A stretch of DNA of 64,000 nt, from contig CBDCKW010000009.1 in assembly GCA_965218435.1 (NCBI GenBank), positions 384,001 through 448,000 on the forward strand, read 5' to 3'. A program made the translations under genes and the position numbers. Of the stretch, positions 38,214 to 47,094 are shown in pieces. Position 1 is the stretch's first letter, and each line of letters starts with the position of its first letter. Source of the stretch: Truepera sp. (GTDB lineage Bacteria; Deinococcota; Deinococci; Deinococcales; Trueperaceae). The notes under the pieces were generated by a model. The model worked only from the letters and a program-made list of their open reading frames with translations. It made no database searches and was not told the DNA's origin.

Positions 38214-38687
38214 ATGAGCATGAATACAAGAGCGGGTTGGGTTAGGCGGACGGGACAGGGTATGGCGGCGCTACTTTTGCTGCTGGTGCTGGGGGCGTGC
38301 GAACAGCTTGGGTCAGCGCCGGACGTTGAGCTTTCACCGGCTGCTGTGACGCTGAACAGGCCGATCTATGTAGCACCGGCGTTTAACGCTACCGCCGCCG
38401 TAACCTTCACGAGCTACCGGCGCGACCAGGCTGGCGTTACCTACGCACAGGGAACCTGGAAGATCAATAATACTTACAGCAATCTCTACACCTTTATGCG
38501 CTTTACCGGCGGTGACGGGAAATGGTATTACACCCCAAATGTAGCTCCGAGAACGAACCCCGGTGCGGGAACATGGACGGCTCGCGGGCCTGCCAGAACC
38601 TACTATTGGCAAGTTTGTGGTTGGATTTCAACGAGCAAAGGTTGGACTTCATCGTGTCCTGGAAATCCGACACGCATCTCGCTCTAG
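38214..38687 (+). CDS. Hypothetical lipoprotein (beta-rich, aromatic, C-terminal Cys pair)
   Basis: AGGAGG SD (ATG 38214 or 38220); lipobox 'LGAC'; 'YYWQVCGW...SSCP'. Confidence 0.75.
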   Translation: MSMNTRAGWVRRTGQGMAALLLLLVLGACEQLGSAPDVELSPAAVTLNRPIYVAPAFNATAAVTFTSYRRDQAGVTYAQGTWKINNTYSNLYTFMRFTGGDGKWYYTPNVAPRTNPGAGTWTARGPARTYYWQVCGWISTSKGWTSSCPGNPTRISL

Positions 38688-39042
38688 GCTGACAAGCGAA
38701 CTCACGCCAATCCTTTCAGATTCCTGCGGTTCGATCATCACCCTTCGCCCCGGCTGATTAAAGCGTCGGCCCAACCTAAGCGTGCGCTCTCCAGGGGCGC
38801 ACGCTCATTTGTTTCACTTTTCTGTGATACCCGGTTGCCGCACGCCTCCGGTAAGAGCGCCGAGGTGCAGTTTCCGGCAGCCGCCGAGCTGCTTTTTGGC
38901 GAAATGCATTTTTGCGACAGATACATACTTTTTCTGAAACGCTGCAAAGCGTAATACGCACCTATCAGAAAAATATGCACTATGGAGCCACCGGGTTAGA
39001 CTTCGCACGTTCACCCGACTCTAATTTTTGGTATGCTGGCGA

Positions 39043-42000
39043 ATGCTGCCTCAACTCACGCTGTTCGGCGAGGTTTTGCTCGAGACGCCCACCGGAAGCT
39101 ACACCCTCAGAAGTGGCAAGGGGGCGGCGCTGCTCGTCTATCTGGCGTACCGGGGCGGGTGGGTTCGGCGCGAATCGCTGCTGGCGCTGTTCTGGCCTGA
39201 AACACCGGAAAAGCAGGCGCGGGCGAACCTGCGGCAGCTGTTGGTCAAGCTGCGCCGGTTGCCCTATCTGACGGGGCTCGAGGTCACGGACTCGAGCGTC
39301 CGTTGGCCCGTCGCCACCGACGTTGCGGCGTTCGGAGCGGCGCTGGCGGCGGACGACTTCGCCGCCGCCGCCAAGCTTTACGCGGGGCCGCTGTCAGCCG
39401 ACTTCGACCCTGCCGGTTCCGGCAGCTTCGGCGACTGGCTTGTCGCGGAGCGCGATGGGCTTTTTTTTGCCTTTCGGAGTGCGGCGCTTTCAAGAGCGCG
39501 GGAGTTGCGGCGGCGCGGCGCGGTCGAGGAGCTTGCGGCGGTGCTGGGCGAGTTGTTACGCCACGATCCCTTCGATGAAGACGTGTTGTGCGAACGGCTG
39601 AGCGCCCTCATGGAGGCCGGTCGTTACCGTCAGGCGCTCGCCGCCTACGAAGCGTTTCGGGCGCGGCTCCGGCGTGAGCTGGACGCGGCCCCCGGCAAGG
39701 CGACGCGTGAGCTGGCCGCGCAGGTGCGCGCTGCCGAAGAGCAGAAAGCGTCTGGTCCGTCCGAGCCCTCACCGACGTTCGGCAAACGAGCCACCGACGT
39801 TCCGGCTACAGCGCCCCTGCTTCCGGATTTAGACGTCCCGGAACCGGTCGCCCCCGTTTTGTCTGCGCCGAGTTTGACGCTCCGGGCCTCGAGCGCGTTT
39901 GTGGGCCGCCGTCGAGAGCGGGATGTGGTGCAGAAGTGTCTTGCAGACCCGGCCTGCCGCCTGCTTACGTTAGTCGGGCCGGGGGGCGTCGGCAAGACGC
40001 GGCTGGCCGTTGAGCTGAGCGCCGTCACCGAAGGCTTTCCTGACGGCGTGGTGATGGTACCGCTCGAGGCCGTGTCCGACGTGCAGCTGCTCGCACCGAC
40101 CGTCGCGGCCTGTCTGGGGCTCTCTTTAGACGCGCCCGAAACCCCCGAACAACAAGTTATCGCCCACCTGAGCGGGCGGACATGCCTGCTCATCCTCGAC
40201 AACTTCGAGCAGTTACTGGAGGGTAAGGCGTTTTTGCTCACGTTACTGGCGCGCGCCCCCGGCGTCAAGCTGCTGCTGACCACGCGCGAGCGGCTGGGCG
40301 TTCCGGAGGAGGTGCCCCTCGAGCTGCGCGGTCTTTCGCTCGAAGGTGAAGGTAGCCGACCCGCCGACGCCGTGGCCCTCTTTTTGCACGGTGCCCGCCG
40401 GGTCGGGGTGACCTTGCGGCGTGAGTCCGACCTGCAACACGCCGCCGACATCTGTGCGCTCGTCGAAGGGGTACCGCTGGCGCTCGAGCTGACGAGCGCG
40501 TGGCTCCGGCTCCTCACCCCCGCGGAGGTGAAAACGGAGCTGAGCGCGGGCCTCGACCTGCTCGTCGCGCCGGACACCGAACTTCCCGAACGCCACCGGA
40601 ACATGCGGCGGGTGTTAGCCCGTTCGTGGGCACGTCTGGAGGTGGACGAACAGCGCACCCTGGCCCGCCTGTCGGTTTTTCGGGGCGGTTTTACGTATAC
40701 GGCGGCGAAGGCCGTCACCGGCATGTCGCTGGGCGTGCTGCTGGCGCTCGTTCACAAATCGCTGCTCTACCGGGCGGCGGACGGGCGTTTTACGCTGCAC
40801 GAGTTGGTCCGGCAATACGCCGACGAACAGCTCACGGCGGAGGGTGTACTCGAGCAAGTCAGCGCCGAGCACGCCCGTTACTATCTGGGGCTGCTGGGAA
40901 CGCTCGAGATGTGGAGCGACCACGAAGCGGCCTCGCTCGCCGTACTCGACGCCGAGCTGAACAACCTCCGCGCCGCGTGGCGGTGGGCCGTCCCGAGTGG
41001 GCGCTTACCGGAGTTCTGGGTGCCGAACGACGCGGTGATCTTTTTCGACCGGCGAATGCGGTTTTTGGAAGGGCTCGAGTTTTTCGAGGCAGTTTCGGGT
41101 TGTTTTGACCTGGCAGACCCGGAGTACCGGGAGACGCTCGCAAACCTGCGAATCGACCGGGCGTGGTTGCTGTTTCGTTTGGGACGCTACGCCGAGGCTG
41201 AAGCGCTCGCCGAAGATAGTCTCGACGCGGCGCTGAGTACAAAAACCCGGATGAAAGCCTACAACACGCTCGGCATCATCACCCGGCAACAGGGCCGTTA
41301 TCTGCTGGCTGTCCAGTATATCGAAGGGGCGCTGGCGCTGGCCCGTGAACTCGGCGAGGTGACGCGCATTGCAGCGTACCTTAACAACCTGGGGGCGACG
41401 TGTATCACGTTGGGTGAATATGACCGTGCGGAAGAGGCTTCACGAGCTGCTCTCAACCTGCACCGGGCTGCTGACGATACTTATGGCGTCGTGATGACCT
41501 TGCTCGATCTGGGCAGTATCCATATCTACGGTACTCAACCTGCTTACGCGCGCGCCCTAGAGGTTGTCGAAGAGGCGCTCAAGCTAGCCCACGAGCAGGA
41601 ATTTGCCGATCTCACCTCAGTGCTTCTAATTACGAAGGCGCGAGCGCTCTACCGGCTAGGTGATACGGTGCAGGCTGAACTTGTTTGCCACAAAATCATG
41701 AGCCTTACCACCAAACCGGGGCATACCTGGGACGAAGCGCAGGTTTTTAACCTACTGGGCTACATCGCTACACAAAGAGGCGAGCAGCTTAAGGCGAGGC
41801 AGTATCTGGTCAAAAGTTTTTTGCTGGCTTGGCAGCACCGAGAAATACCTACAATACTTGAAGATATGCTGGCCTTAGCCGAGCTTGAGTTCTCCGAAAA
41901 TGCCCACGAACGAGCCCTTCAACTGCTCGTCGGGGTGATGAGACACCCTGCCGCGTCAGCGGTAAACCGCTGTGATGCCGAGCGGTTTCTTCGGCAGTCG

Positions 42001-42105
42001 GGAATACATCAGCACCTGCTGCAAACCGATAGTGTGCCGCTCGAGCGCTGGGTTCCCACTTTTTTTGGCCTCGAGGGTGAAATAACTGAAAGAGAAATGA
42101 ACTAG
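39043..42105 (+). CDS. AfsR/SARP-family STAND regulator (wHTH-BTAD-NB-ARC-TPR)
   Basis: 'ALLVYLAY..RESLLALFWPE..ARANLRQLL'; BTAD 'DPFDE..ALAAYEAFRARLRRELDAAP'; P-loop 'GPGGVGKT'; 'LLILDNFEQ'; 'GVPLALEL'; 'LHELVRQYA'; TPRs 'AYNTLG', 'YLNNLG'. Confidence 0.92.
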   Translation: MLPQLTLFGEVLLETPTGSYTLRSGKGAALLVYLAYRGGWVRRESLLALFWPETPEKQARANLRQLLVKLRRLPYLTGLEVTDSSVRWPVATDVAAFGAALAADDFAAAAKLYAGPLSADFDPAGSGSFGDWLVAERDGLFFAFRSAALSRARELRRRGAVEELAAVLGELLRHDPFDEDVLCERLSALMEAGRYRQALAAYEAFRARLRRELDAAPGKATRELAAQVRAAEEQKASGPSEPSPTFGKRATDVPATAPLLPDLDVPEPVAPVLSAPSLTLRASSAFVGRRRERDVVQKCLADPACRLLTLVGPGGVGKTRLAVELSAVTEGFPDGVVMVPLEAVSDVQLLAPTVAACLGLSLDAPETPEQQVIAHLSGRTCLLILDNFEQLLEGKAFLLTLLARAPGVKLLLTTRERLGVPEEVPLELRGLSLEGEGSRPADAVALFLHGARRVGVTLRRESDLQHAADICALVEGVPLALELTSAWLRLLTPAEVKTELSAGLDLLVAPDTELPERHRNMRRVLARSWARLEVDEQRTLARLSVFRGGFTYTAAKAVTGMSLGVLLALVHKSLLYRAADGRFTLHELVRQYADEQLTAEGVLEQVSAEHARYYLGLLGTLEMWSDHEAASLAVLDAELNNLRAAWRWAVPSGRLPEFWVPNDAVIFFDRRMRFLEGLEFFEAVSGCFDLADPEYRETLANLRIDRAWLLFRLGRYAEAEALAEDSLDAALSTKTRMKAYNTLGIITRQQGRYLLAVQYIEGALALARELGEVTRIAAYLNNLGATCITLGEYDRAEEASRAALNLHRAADDTYGVVMTLLDLGSIHIYGTQPAYARALEVVEEALKLAHEQEFADLTSVLLITKARALYRLGDTVQAELVCHKIMSLTTKPGHTWDEAQVFNLLGYIATQRGEQLKARQYLVKSFLLAWQHREIPTILEDMLALAELEFSENAHERALQLLVGVMRHPAASAVNRCDAERFLRQSGIHQHLLQTDSVPLERWVPTFFGLEGEITEREMN

Positions 42106-42542
42106 GGGCCTCGAGCCGAAACCGGTAGGATGATTGTGCCGTCATCATCCTTGGGTAACGGGGACCTATCTGCTGGCTCTGACTGCAATCTATCTTTGTG
42201 AGCAGGTTCCCAAAAATTAGGGAGAGTGCTGTCATCTTTGTCGCTGCTATAGATGTAGAGCTGATAGCCTCTGTAAGTAGCCTGAAGACCCCATTCATCT
42301 TTGCGATTGACTGAACTGGGTTTATCAGGCAAGTTCGGATCAGGGTCAGTTACAGGGGGCAGAATCTTCCAACAACTCAATCTTTCTTGCAAGTCTTTAT
42401 CTGCCCACCTGTTTATCAGAGGAATGTAGCTCGTAATTTTATGTAATGAGCAGATATAGACGGGCTGAAAACTCACGCCGTCAAAAGAAGCTTCAAGACA
42501 CTTTTCCGTATCCGTATCGAAACGTAAATGCATGGTATCCAT
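42102..42542 (-). CDS. Hypothetical protein (AT-rich)
   Basis: About 146-aa ORF; GGAGAGG upstream of ATG 42542; convergent stop overlap with the regulator; no family recognised. Confidence 0.5.
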   Translation of the reverse strand: MDTMHLRFDTDTEKCLEASFDGVSFQPVYICSLHKITSYIPLINRWADKDLQERLSCWKILPPVTDPDPNLPDKPSSVNRKDEWGLQATYRGYQLYIYSSDKDDSTLPNFWEPAHKDRLQSEPADRSPLPKDDDGTIILPVSARGP

Positions 42543-42660
42543 CTTTAGCAACCCTCTCCAAGTCGTTAAACAGTTGAGCGGACTATAGCAGAGCCTGGGA
42601 CGAAAAGAAATTCTAAAAAAGTAACGAGTGGTTTAGCTTCTCGAGCACGCCTCTAAAGCT

Positions 42661-42684
42661 TAAAAAGCCGAAAATGACCCAGCT
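42661..42684 (-). terminator. Intrinsic terminator of peptide operon 2
   Basis: Minus strand AGCTGGG-TCATT-TTCGGCT-TTTTA; substitutions relative to copy 1 retain pairing through G-U. Confidence 0.6.
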
Positions 42685-42710
42685 GAAAAATATAAGTTTG
42701 GGTCGTAATT

Positions 42711-42770
42711 TCAGTGGACTCTAATACCGTTTACAACTTGCCCCGAGCTAGGGGTTTCTTGTTTACGCAT
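42711..42770 (-). CDS. 19-aa ETPSS-family peptide MRKQETPSSGQVVNGIRVH
   Basis: Manual translation; SD AAGGAGGTGA; TGA stop at the conserved codon 20. Confidence 0.75.
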   Translation of the reverse strand: MRKQETPSSGQVVNGIRVH

Positions 42771-42841
42771 ATCGTCACCTCCTTCATGCTTTTGAAGAGG
42801 GCTCGAGCCGGAGGACTCGAGCCTTTGGTTCAGGTTACGTT

Positions 42842-42901
42842 TTAGCCTCTGCGGAAGTTGCTCACAATCAGCTTCGAGCTGGGGGTTTCTTTGGTTTTCA
42901 T
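42842..42901 (-). CDS. 19-aa ETPSS-family peptide MKTKETPSSKLIVSNFRRG
   Basis: Equals the C-terminus of ORF-track 42842..43150; SD AAGGGAGG directly before the internal ATG 42901. Confidence 0.75.
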   Translation of the reverse strand: MKTKETPSSKLIVSNFRRG

Positions 42902-42933
42902 TCTGCGCCCTCCCTTCTTTCTGAACTGAGGGC

Positions 42934-42969
42934 AGTCTACAAAAGGGGGCGTGATGTTGGCGTGATGTT
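42934..42969 (-). promoter_or_regulatory. Promoter of peptide operon 2 with two 11-bp-periodic CATCAC boxes
   Basis: GTGATGTT at 42951 and 42962; -10 TAGACT (42939-42934) at the same 11-nt spacing. Confidence 0.7.
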
Positions 42970-43149
42970 GAGTTTTATCTGTCTGGGGACGTAAAAAGTT
43001 GCTTGAGAAGTTAGTCTCTGTAGCTAAAACTCGGCTCTCAGCTAAAGGTCGATAGATAGAACACCCCGGCGTACGGGCTTTTTGGGGGCTCGAGTTCGCC
43101 GCTCTCTCACTATCAGTTACAGGATTCGGGGGTGGGGCTCGAGGGTTCA

Positions 43150-43715
43150 AACTTAACCACCACGGACTCGAAGTCGGTGGGTTGAAGAGCTAGCTGGAAG
43201 CCGGAGGTCACTCTAAAGAGATGTTCTCCTCGCCGCTTTGCTTGTGAGCATCGTAGTGGTTGTTGATGTACTCGTCGATCATCTCATCGGTCACGTTCCC
43301 ACTCGTGGCGCTAAAGTAGCCTCTCGCCCAAAAGTGACGTCCCCAATACCTTTTCCTCAACTCTGGAAACTCCTGTTGCACTTTCCTTGAACTCCGCCCC
43401 TTCGCCCGTTTGATAAATTCGCTCACGGCTAGGTGTGGTGGAATCGACACAAACAGGTGGATGTGGTCACTCGACACCACCCCATTCAGAATCTTGACCC
43501 CTGGCTCTTCAGCTACCTGAGCAATAATTGTCCGTACTCGCCGCTGCAACTCACCCCTCAGCACTCTATAGCGGTACTTCGTGATCCAGACCAAGTGATA
43601 GCGGTGGTGGTACAGCGTATGACTTCCCTTGGTATAGCGTTCCATCACTGCAATTTACACGCTGAAGCGTCGCCCGTCTCGAAGACGGGGGTTTGAATCC
43701 ATTTAGAGGACTATC
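43150..43715 (-). mobile_element. IS200-like element (IS200/IS605 family, tnpA only); boundaries approximate
   Basis: Y1 transposase flanked by subterminal hairpins CCCGTCTCGAAGACGGG (~43673-43689) and CACCACGGACTCGAAGTCGGTGG (~43158-43180). Confidence 0.85.
43208..43648 (-). CDS. tnpA: IS200/IS605 family Y1 transposase
   Basis: 'YHLVWITKYR', HUH 'DHIH', 'KGRSSR', 'FWARGYF', catalytic Tyr in 'EYINNH'. Confidence 0.96.
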   Translation of the reverse strand: MMERYTKGSHTLYHHRYHLVWITKYRYRVLRGELQRRVRTIIAQVAEEPGVKILNGVVSSDHIHLFVSIPPHLAVSEFIKRAKGRSSRKVQQEFPELRKRYWGRHFWARGYFSATSGNVTDEMIDEYINNHYDAHKQSGEENISLE

Positions 43716-43828
43716 AATAAAGTTTATAGAGCTGGGCGCTGCAACTCACTATCGCAGCGCCTCGCTCTATCAAAACAGCTCGCCCTAGCAAGCCGATGGA
43801 CATGTCTTCTCTAAAAATCCGGTCTCGT

Positions 43829-44851
43829 CTAGCTCAAATAATGGGTCAGCAGCGCCAAAGACGCCTCGACATCATTTTTGGCGACCATCTCGGTCACGGT
43901 ATGCACGTAACGTGACGGAATAGAGAGCGTCAGGCTGGCAACGCCGCCCCGTGAACGCTGTATCGTACCCGCGTCGGTGCCGCCTAAGGGCAACAGTTCA
44001 AACTGATACGGCACGCCGTTTTCTTCAGCAAGGGCGATAAACTCGTCTAACAGCCAACGCGTACTGATCGAGGCCGAATCCATTACCTTGAGCGCGACGC
44101 CGCCGCCGAGCTGTGTGACCCGCTGCTCACTCGGCGTGCCCGGAATGTCAACCGCCAGCGTGGTGTCGAGCGCGACGCCGATGTCGGGCTCGACGGCGAA
44201 CGCAGCCGTCTGTGCGCCGCGTAAACCGACCTCTTCTTGAACGCTGAAGACGCCGTACACGTCGTGTGCCGGATTTTTGAGCGCCTTTAACAGCTCGACT
44301 AAAATAAAGCAGTTGACCCTATCGTCCATCGCTTTACCGCTGACGACCTCACCCAAATCTACAAACGGTTGCCGGAGTGTCACCGGGTCGCCGAGCCGCA
44401 CCTTTTCTTTTACGGTGTCGGACTCGAGACCGGTATCGACGATAAACTCGGGTAGTTTCGGTACCTTTTCGCGTTCGTCGGGGTTAGAGATGTGGATAGG
44501 TTTGACGCCGGGGTTCATCACCCCGATGAGGTCGCCGCTACTTGTATGAACCGTGACCTGCCGCGCGAACAAGTTACGCGTATCGAAACCGCCGAGGTTT
44601 TGCACGCGTAAAAAACCGTCGTCATCTATAAAGCGCACGTAAAAACCGATCTCGTCCATGTGCGCCGAGAGCATCACCCGCTTTGCCCCTTCTTTTGAAC
44701 CCTTTTTATGCGCGATCAGGTTGCCCAGCGTGTCGGTCTCCAAGCTGTCTACAACGCCCTCTAACTCGCCGCTGATCAGCTCACGAATCGCCTCTTCACG
44801 GCCCGGAACCCCGGCCCCTTCGGAAAGCCGCTGTAAAAGTTCGTAGTCCAC
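43829..44851 (-). CDS. M42 family aminopeptidase
   Basis: 'SAHMDEIG', 'KAMDDR', 'QEEVGLRGA', 'GGTDAG', 'RYVHT'. Confidence 0.95.
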   Translation of the reverse strand: MDYELLQRLSEGAGVPGREEAIRELISGELEGVVDSLETDTLGNLIAHKKGSKEGAKRVMLSAHMDEIGFYVRFIDDDGFLRVQNLGGFDTRNLFARQVTVHTSSGDLIGVMNPGVKPIHISNPDEREKVPKLPEFIVDTGLESDTVKEKVRLGDPVTLRQPFVDLGEVVSGKAMDDRVNCFILVELLKALKNPAHDVYGVFSVQEEVGLRGAQTAAFAVEPDIGVALDTTLAVDIPGTPSEQRVTQLGGGVALKVMDSASISTRWLLDEFIALAEENGVPYQFELLPLGGTDAGTIQRSRGGVASLTLSIPSRYVHTVTEMVAKNDVEASLALLTHYLS

Positions 44852-44854
44852 CGC

Positions 44855-45619
44855 TTACCTGCCTTTCAGAAATGTTGCTGAACTCTGAACGCTCTCAACC
44901 GGGTTTTTGGGATTGTCGTGCTCGACAATGAACCACTCCGCCCCGGCAGCTTCAGCAGCGGGGAGCAGGGTGTCCCACTCGAGAGTACCCGAGCCGACAT
45001 CGGCCCAACCGTCTTCATCTTCGTTTTCGCCGTCGGGTGCGATGTCTTTAACATGCACGCGTGTGACGCGGCCTGAAAAAGTCTGGAGCAGGTCAAGCGG
45101 GTCTTGGCCGCCTTTAACGACCCAGGCGAGGTCGAGCTCGAGCCCGAGTGCTTCGCCCGCGCCCTCGACGAGCCACTCGAGCGCCGGTCTCCCGTCAATC
45201 AGCCTCAGCTCGAAGTCGTGGTTGTGGTAGAGCAGCTTCATGTTGCTGTTCTGGGCTGCCTTGGCAAGTTCACCAAGACGCACGCCTAAATCTTGCCAAC
45301 CTTCGGCGGTGTCCGAACGGTCGCCGGGGTCGAGCCACGGCACGACGAGCGTATCGTTGCCGACAGCTTGGTTAAACGCGACGACGCCTTCCATATCGGA
45401 CTCGAGGTCGGTTAGGGCGGTGTGACTCGAGGCCACCACCAACCCGTGTTTATCCAGCATGGCCTGAAGTTCGTCGGCGCTGACGCCCTGCGTGCCGACG
45501 GTTTCGATGCCGTCGTAACCAGCTGCGGCAACCTCACCTAAAATCTCGTCTAACGGCGCGCTAAGTTTGCGTAAGCTGTACATCTGAACGGCTAATTTGG
45601 GTTGTGCGGTATCAGTCAT
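44855..45619 (-). CDS. Sugar phosphate isomerase/epimerase (xylose isomerase-like TIM barrel)
   Basis: 'YHNHDFE', 'ELDLAW', 'HVKD', 'VEHD'. Confidence 0.88.
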   Translation of the reverse strand: MTDTAQPKLAVQMYSLRKLSAPLDEILGEVAAAGYDGIETVGTQGVSADELQAMLDKHGLVVASSHTALTDLESDMEGVVAFNQAVGNDTLVVPWLDPGDRSDTAEGWQDLGVRLGELAKAAQNSNMKLLYHNHDFELRLIDGRPALEWLVEGAGEALGLELDLAWVVKGGQDPLDLLQTFSGRVTRVHVKDIAPDGENEDEDGWADVGSGTLEWDTLLPAAEAAGAEWFIVEHDNPKNPVESVQSSATFLKGR

Positions 45620-46715
45620 CTAAAATCCCTTCGATCAGGCCCAGCGGCAAGGGCGCGGGGCGTTCGGTGCGGCTGGCGAGTGTCAAGGTCTTTTCGGCTT
45701 CAGCGGCCTCTAAAATGCTCTGCATAATATCCAGGACATGATACGCCAAGCTCCCGCTCGCCCGGTGGGGTCGTCCGGTGGCGAGGGCCTGCGCTATATC
45801 GGCAACGCCCAAACCACGGCTGTTTTCGGTGTAGCCGTGCGTCAGGGGCAGCGTCGTCCAGGTGTCCGCGCCGCCGCGTTTAATCCTGACCGGCCCGCCG
45901 AAGGTGTTAGGGTCAGGAACGCTCAACGTGCCTTCGGTACCGTAAACCTCGAGCCTCGGCAACTCCGACGCCCACACATCAAACGAGGTCATCAGCGTTC
46001 CGACTGCGCCCGACTCGAAACTTAAGAGGGCGCTGATATGCGTCGGCGTTGTGACCGGAACCTTCGTCCCAAAGTTGGGTTGACTCGTGACCATGCGCTC
46101 GCTAAAGGTCGTTTTGGCGGTGCTCGAGACCTTCTGCACCGGCCCCAACAGGTTCACCAGCGCCGTCAGATAGTACGGCCCGATGTCGAAGAGCGGCCCC
46201 GCCCCCGGCATATAAAAAAAGGCCGGGTCGGGGTGCCACATCTCCATCCCGCGGCTCAGCATAAAGGCAGTTGCGCCCACCGGCTCGCCGATCCAGCCGT
46301 CATCAATGAGTTTGCGGCAGGTCTGTAAGCCCGCGCCTAAAAAGGTGTCGGGGGCACAACCGACGCGCAGGTTTTGCTGCTCAGCCAAGTCTAAAATCGG
46401 TTTAGCGTCTTCACGAACCGTCCCGAGCGGTTTTTCGCTGTAGACCGACTTACCCGCGGCCAAAATGTCTTGGCTGACGCCAGCGTGAGCGTTCGGAACA
46501 GTCAGGTTGATGATGAGTTCGACCTCGGGGTCGGCGAGTAACGCGTCAACACTGAGGGCTTTTTCGACGCCGAACTCGGCGGCCCTAGCCTCGGCGCGGC
46601 TGAGTTCTAAGTCGGCGATGGCCGCGACTCTAAAAGCGCGAAAGAATTTGGCGGCGCTTAGGTACTGAGAACTGACGTTACCTGCGCCGATAATACCGAT
46701 AGGGAGCGGTTGCAT
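45612..46715 (-). CDS. Gfo/Idh/MocA oxidoreductase
   Basis: 'IIGAGNVS', 'SEKPL', 'APDTFLG', 'WHPDPAFFY', 'DIGPYY'. Confidence 0.92.
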   Translation of the reverse strand: MQPLPIGIIGAGNVSSQYLSAAKFFRAFRVAAIADLELSRAEARAAEFGVEKALSVDALLADPEVELIINLTVPNAHAGVSQDILAAGKSVYSEKPLGTVREDAKPILDLAEQQNLRVGCAPDTFLGAGLQTCRKLIDDGWIGEPVGATAFMLSRGMEMWHPDPAFFYMPGAGPLFDIGPYYLTALVNLLGPVQKVSSTAKTTFSERMVTSQPNFGTKVPVTTPTHISALLSFESGAVGTLMTSFDVWASELPRLEVYGTEGTLSVPDPNTFGGPVRIKRGGADTWTTLPLTHGYTENSRGLGVADIAQALATGRPHRASGSLAYHVLDIMQSILEAAEAEKTLTLASRTERPAPLPLGLIEGILDD

Positions 46716-47094
46716 AGATAGGTGACCTCCTCCAGATGAGGTTTACGGGAGCCTAACAGATTGCCGTGAGTGAGACAAGCGTCCCGCGCCCTACGCTCAG
46801 CCGGGTCACGCCTCTAGGTAGGGTCGTGTAGAGACGCGCATGTAGGTTTGACCCCTATTTATCCCTTCCGGATTCGTGGTGCTATAAGGACGCTGCACCT
46901 AGACCGGAGGCTCGAGCAGCGGGGTTAGCGGGGTGAAGATGCCAGTAAAAATACGACACTAAGGATATACACACCGAGAGTATACACATTAAGAACACAG
47001 CACTGAGGAGCTAAGCTCCAGCGTTTGGTTTGACTTAACACCCCCAAACCTCAGTAGCCCGAAATTCAACCTTTAATCTACTTTAGGAGACGCG

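Larger units (their letters stand above)
42661..42970. repeat. Diverged duplicate of 37661-38092 (peptide operon unit)
   Basis: Shared blocks such as GCTGAAAAATATAA..TTGGGTCGTAA, CGAGCTAGGGGTTTCTT, GCTCACAATCAGCTTCGAGCT, GGCAGTCTACAAAAGGGGG. Confidence 0.9.

Noticed and set aside
39645..40724. Long antisense or alternative-frame ORFs (e.g. 359 aa opposite the regulator, and many others in the track)
   Set aside because: Shadow ORFs of GC-rich genes, with Ser/Arg/Pro-rich composition and no motifs.
42106..42121. 16-bp match GGGCCTCGAGCCGAAA to 37801-37816 as a recombination site
   Set aside because: Centred on the genome-wide enriched CTCGAG and has no further flanking homology, so it may be chance.
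42842..43150. 102-aa ORF from the ORF track
   Set aside because: Its 5' part runs through the promoter boxes. Only the last 19 codons have an SD and homologues.
43150..43715. TnpB/omega-RNA system associated with the IS200/IS605 transposase
   Set aside because: No tnpB or iscB ORF; the element closes right after tnpA.
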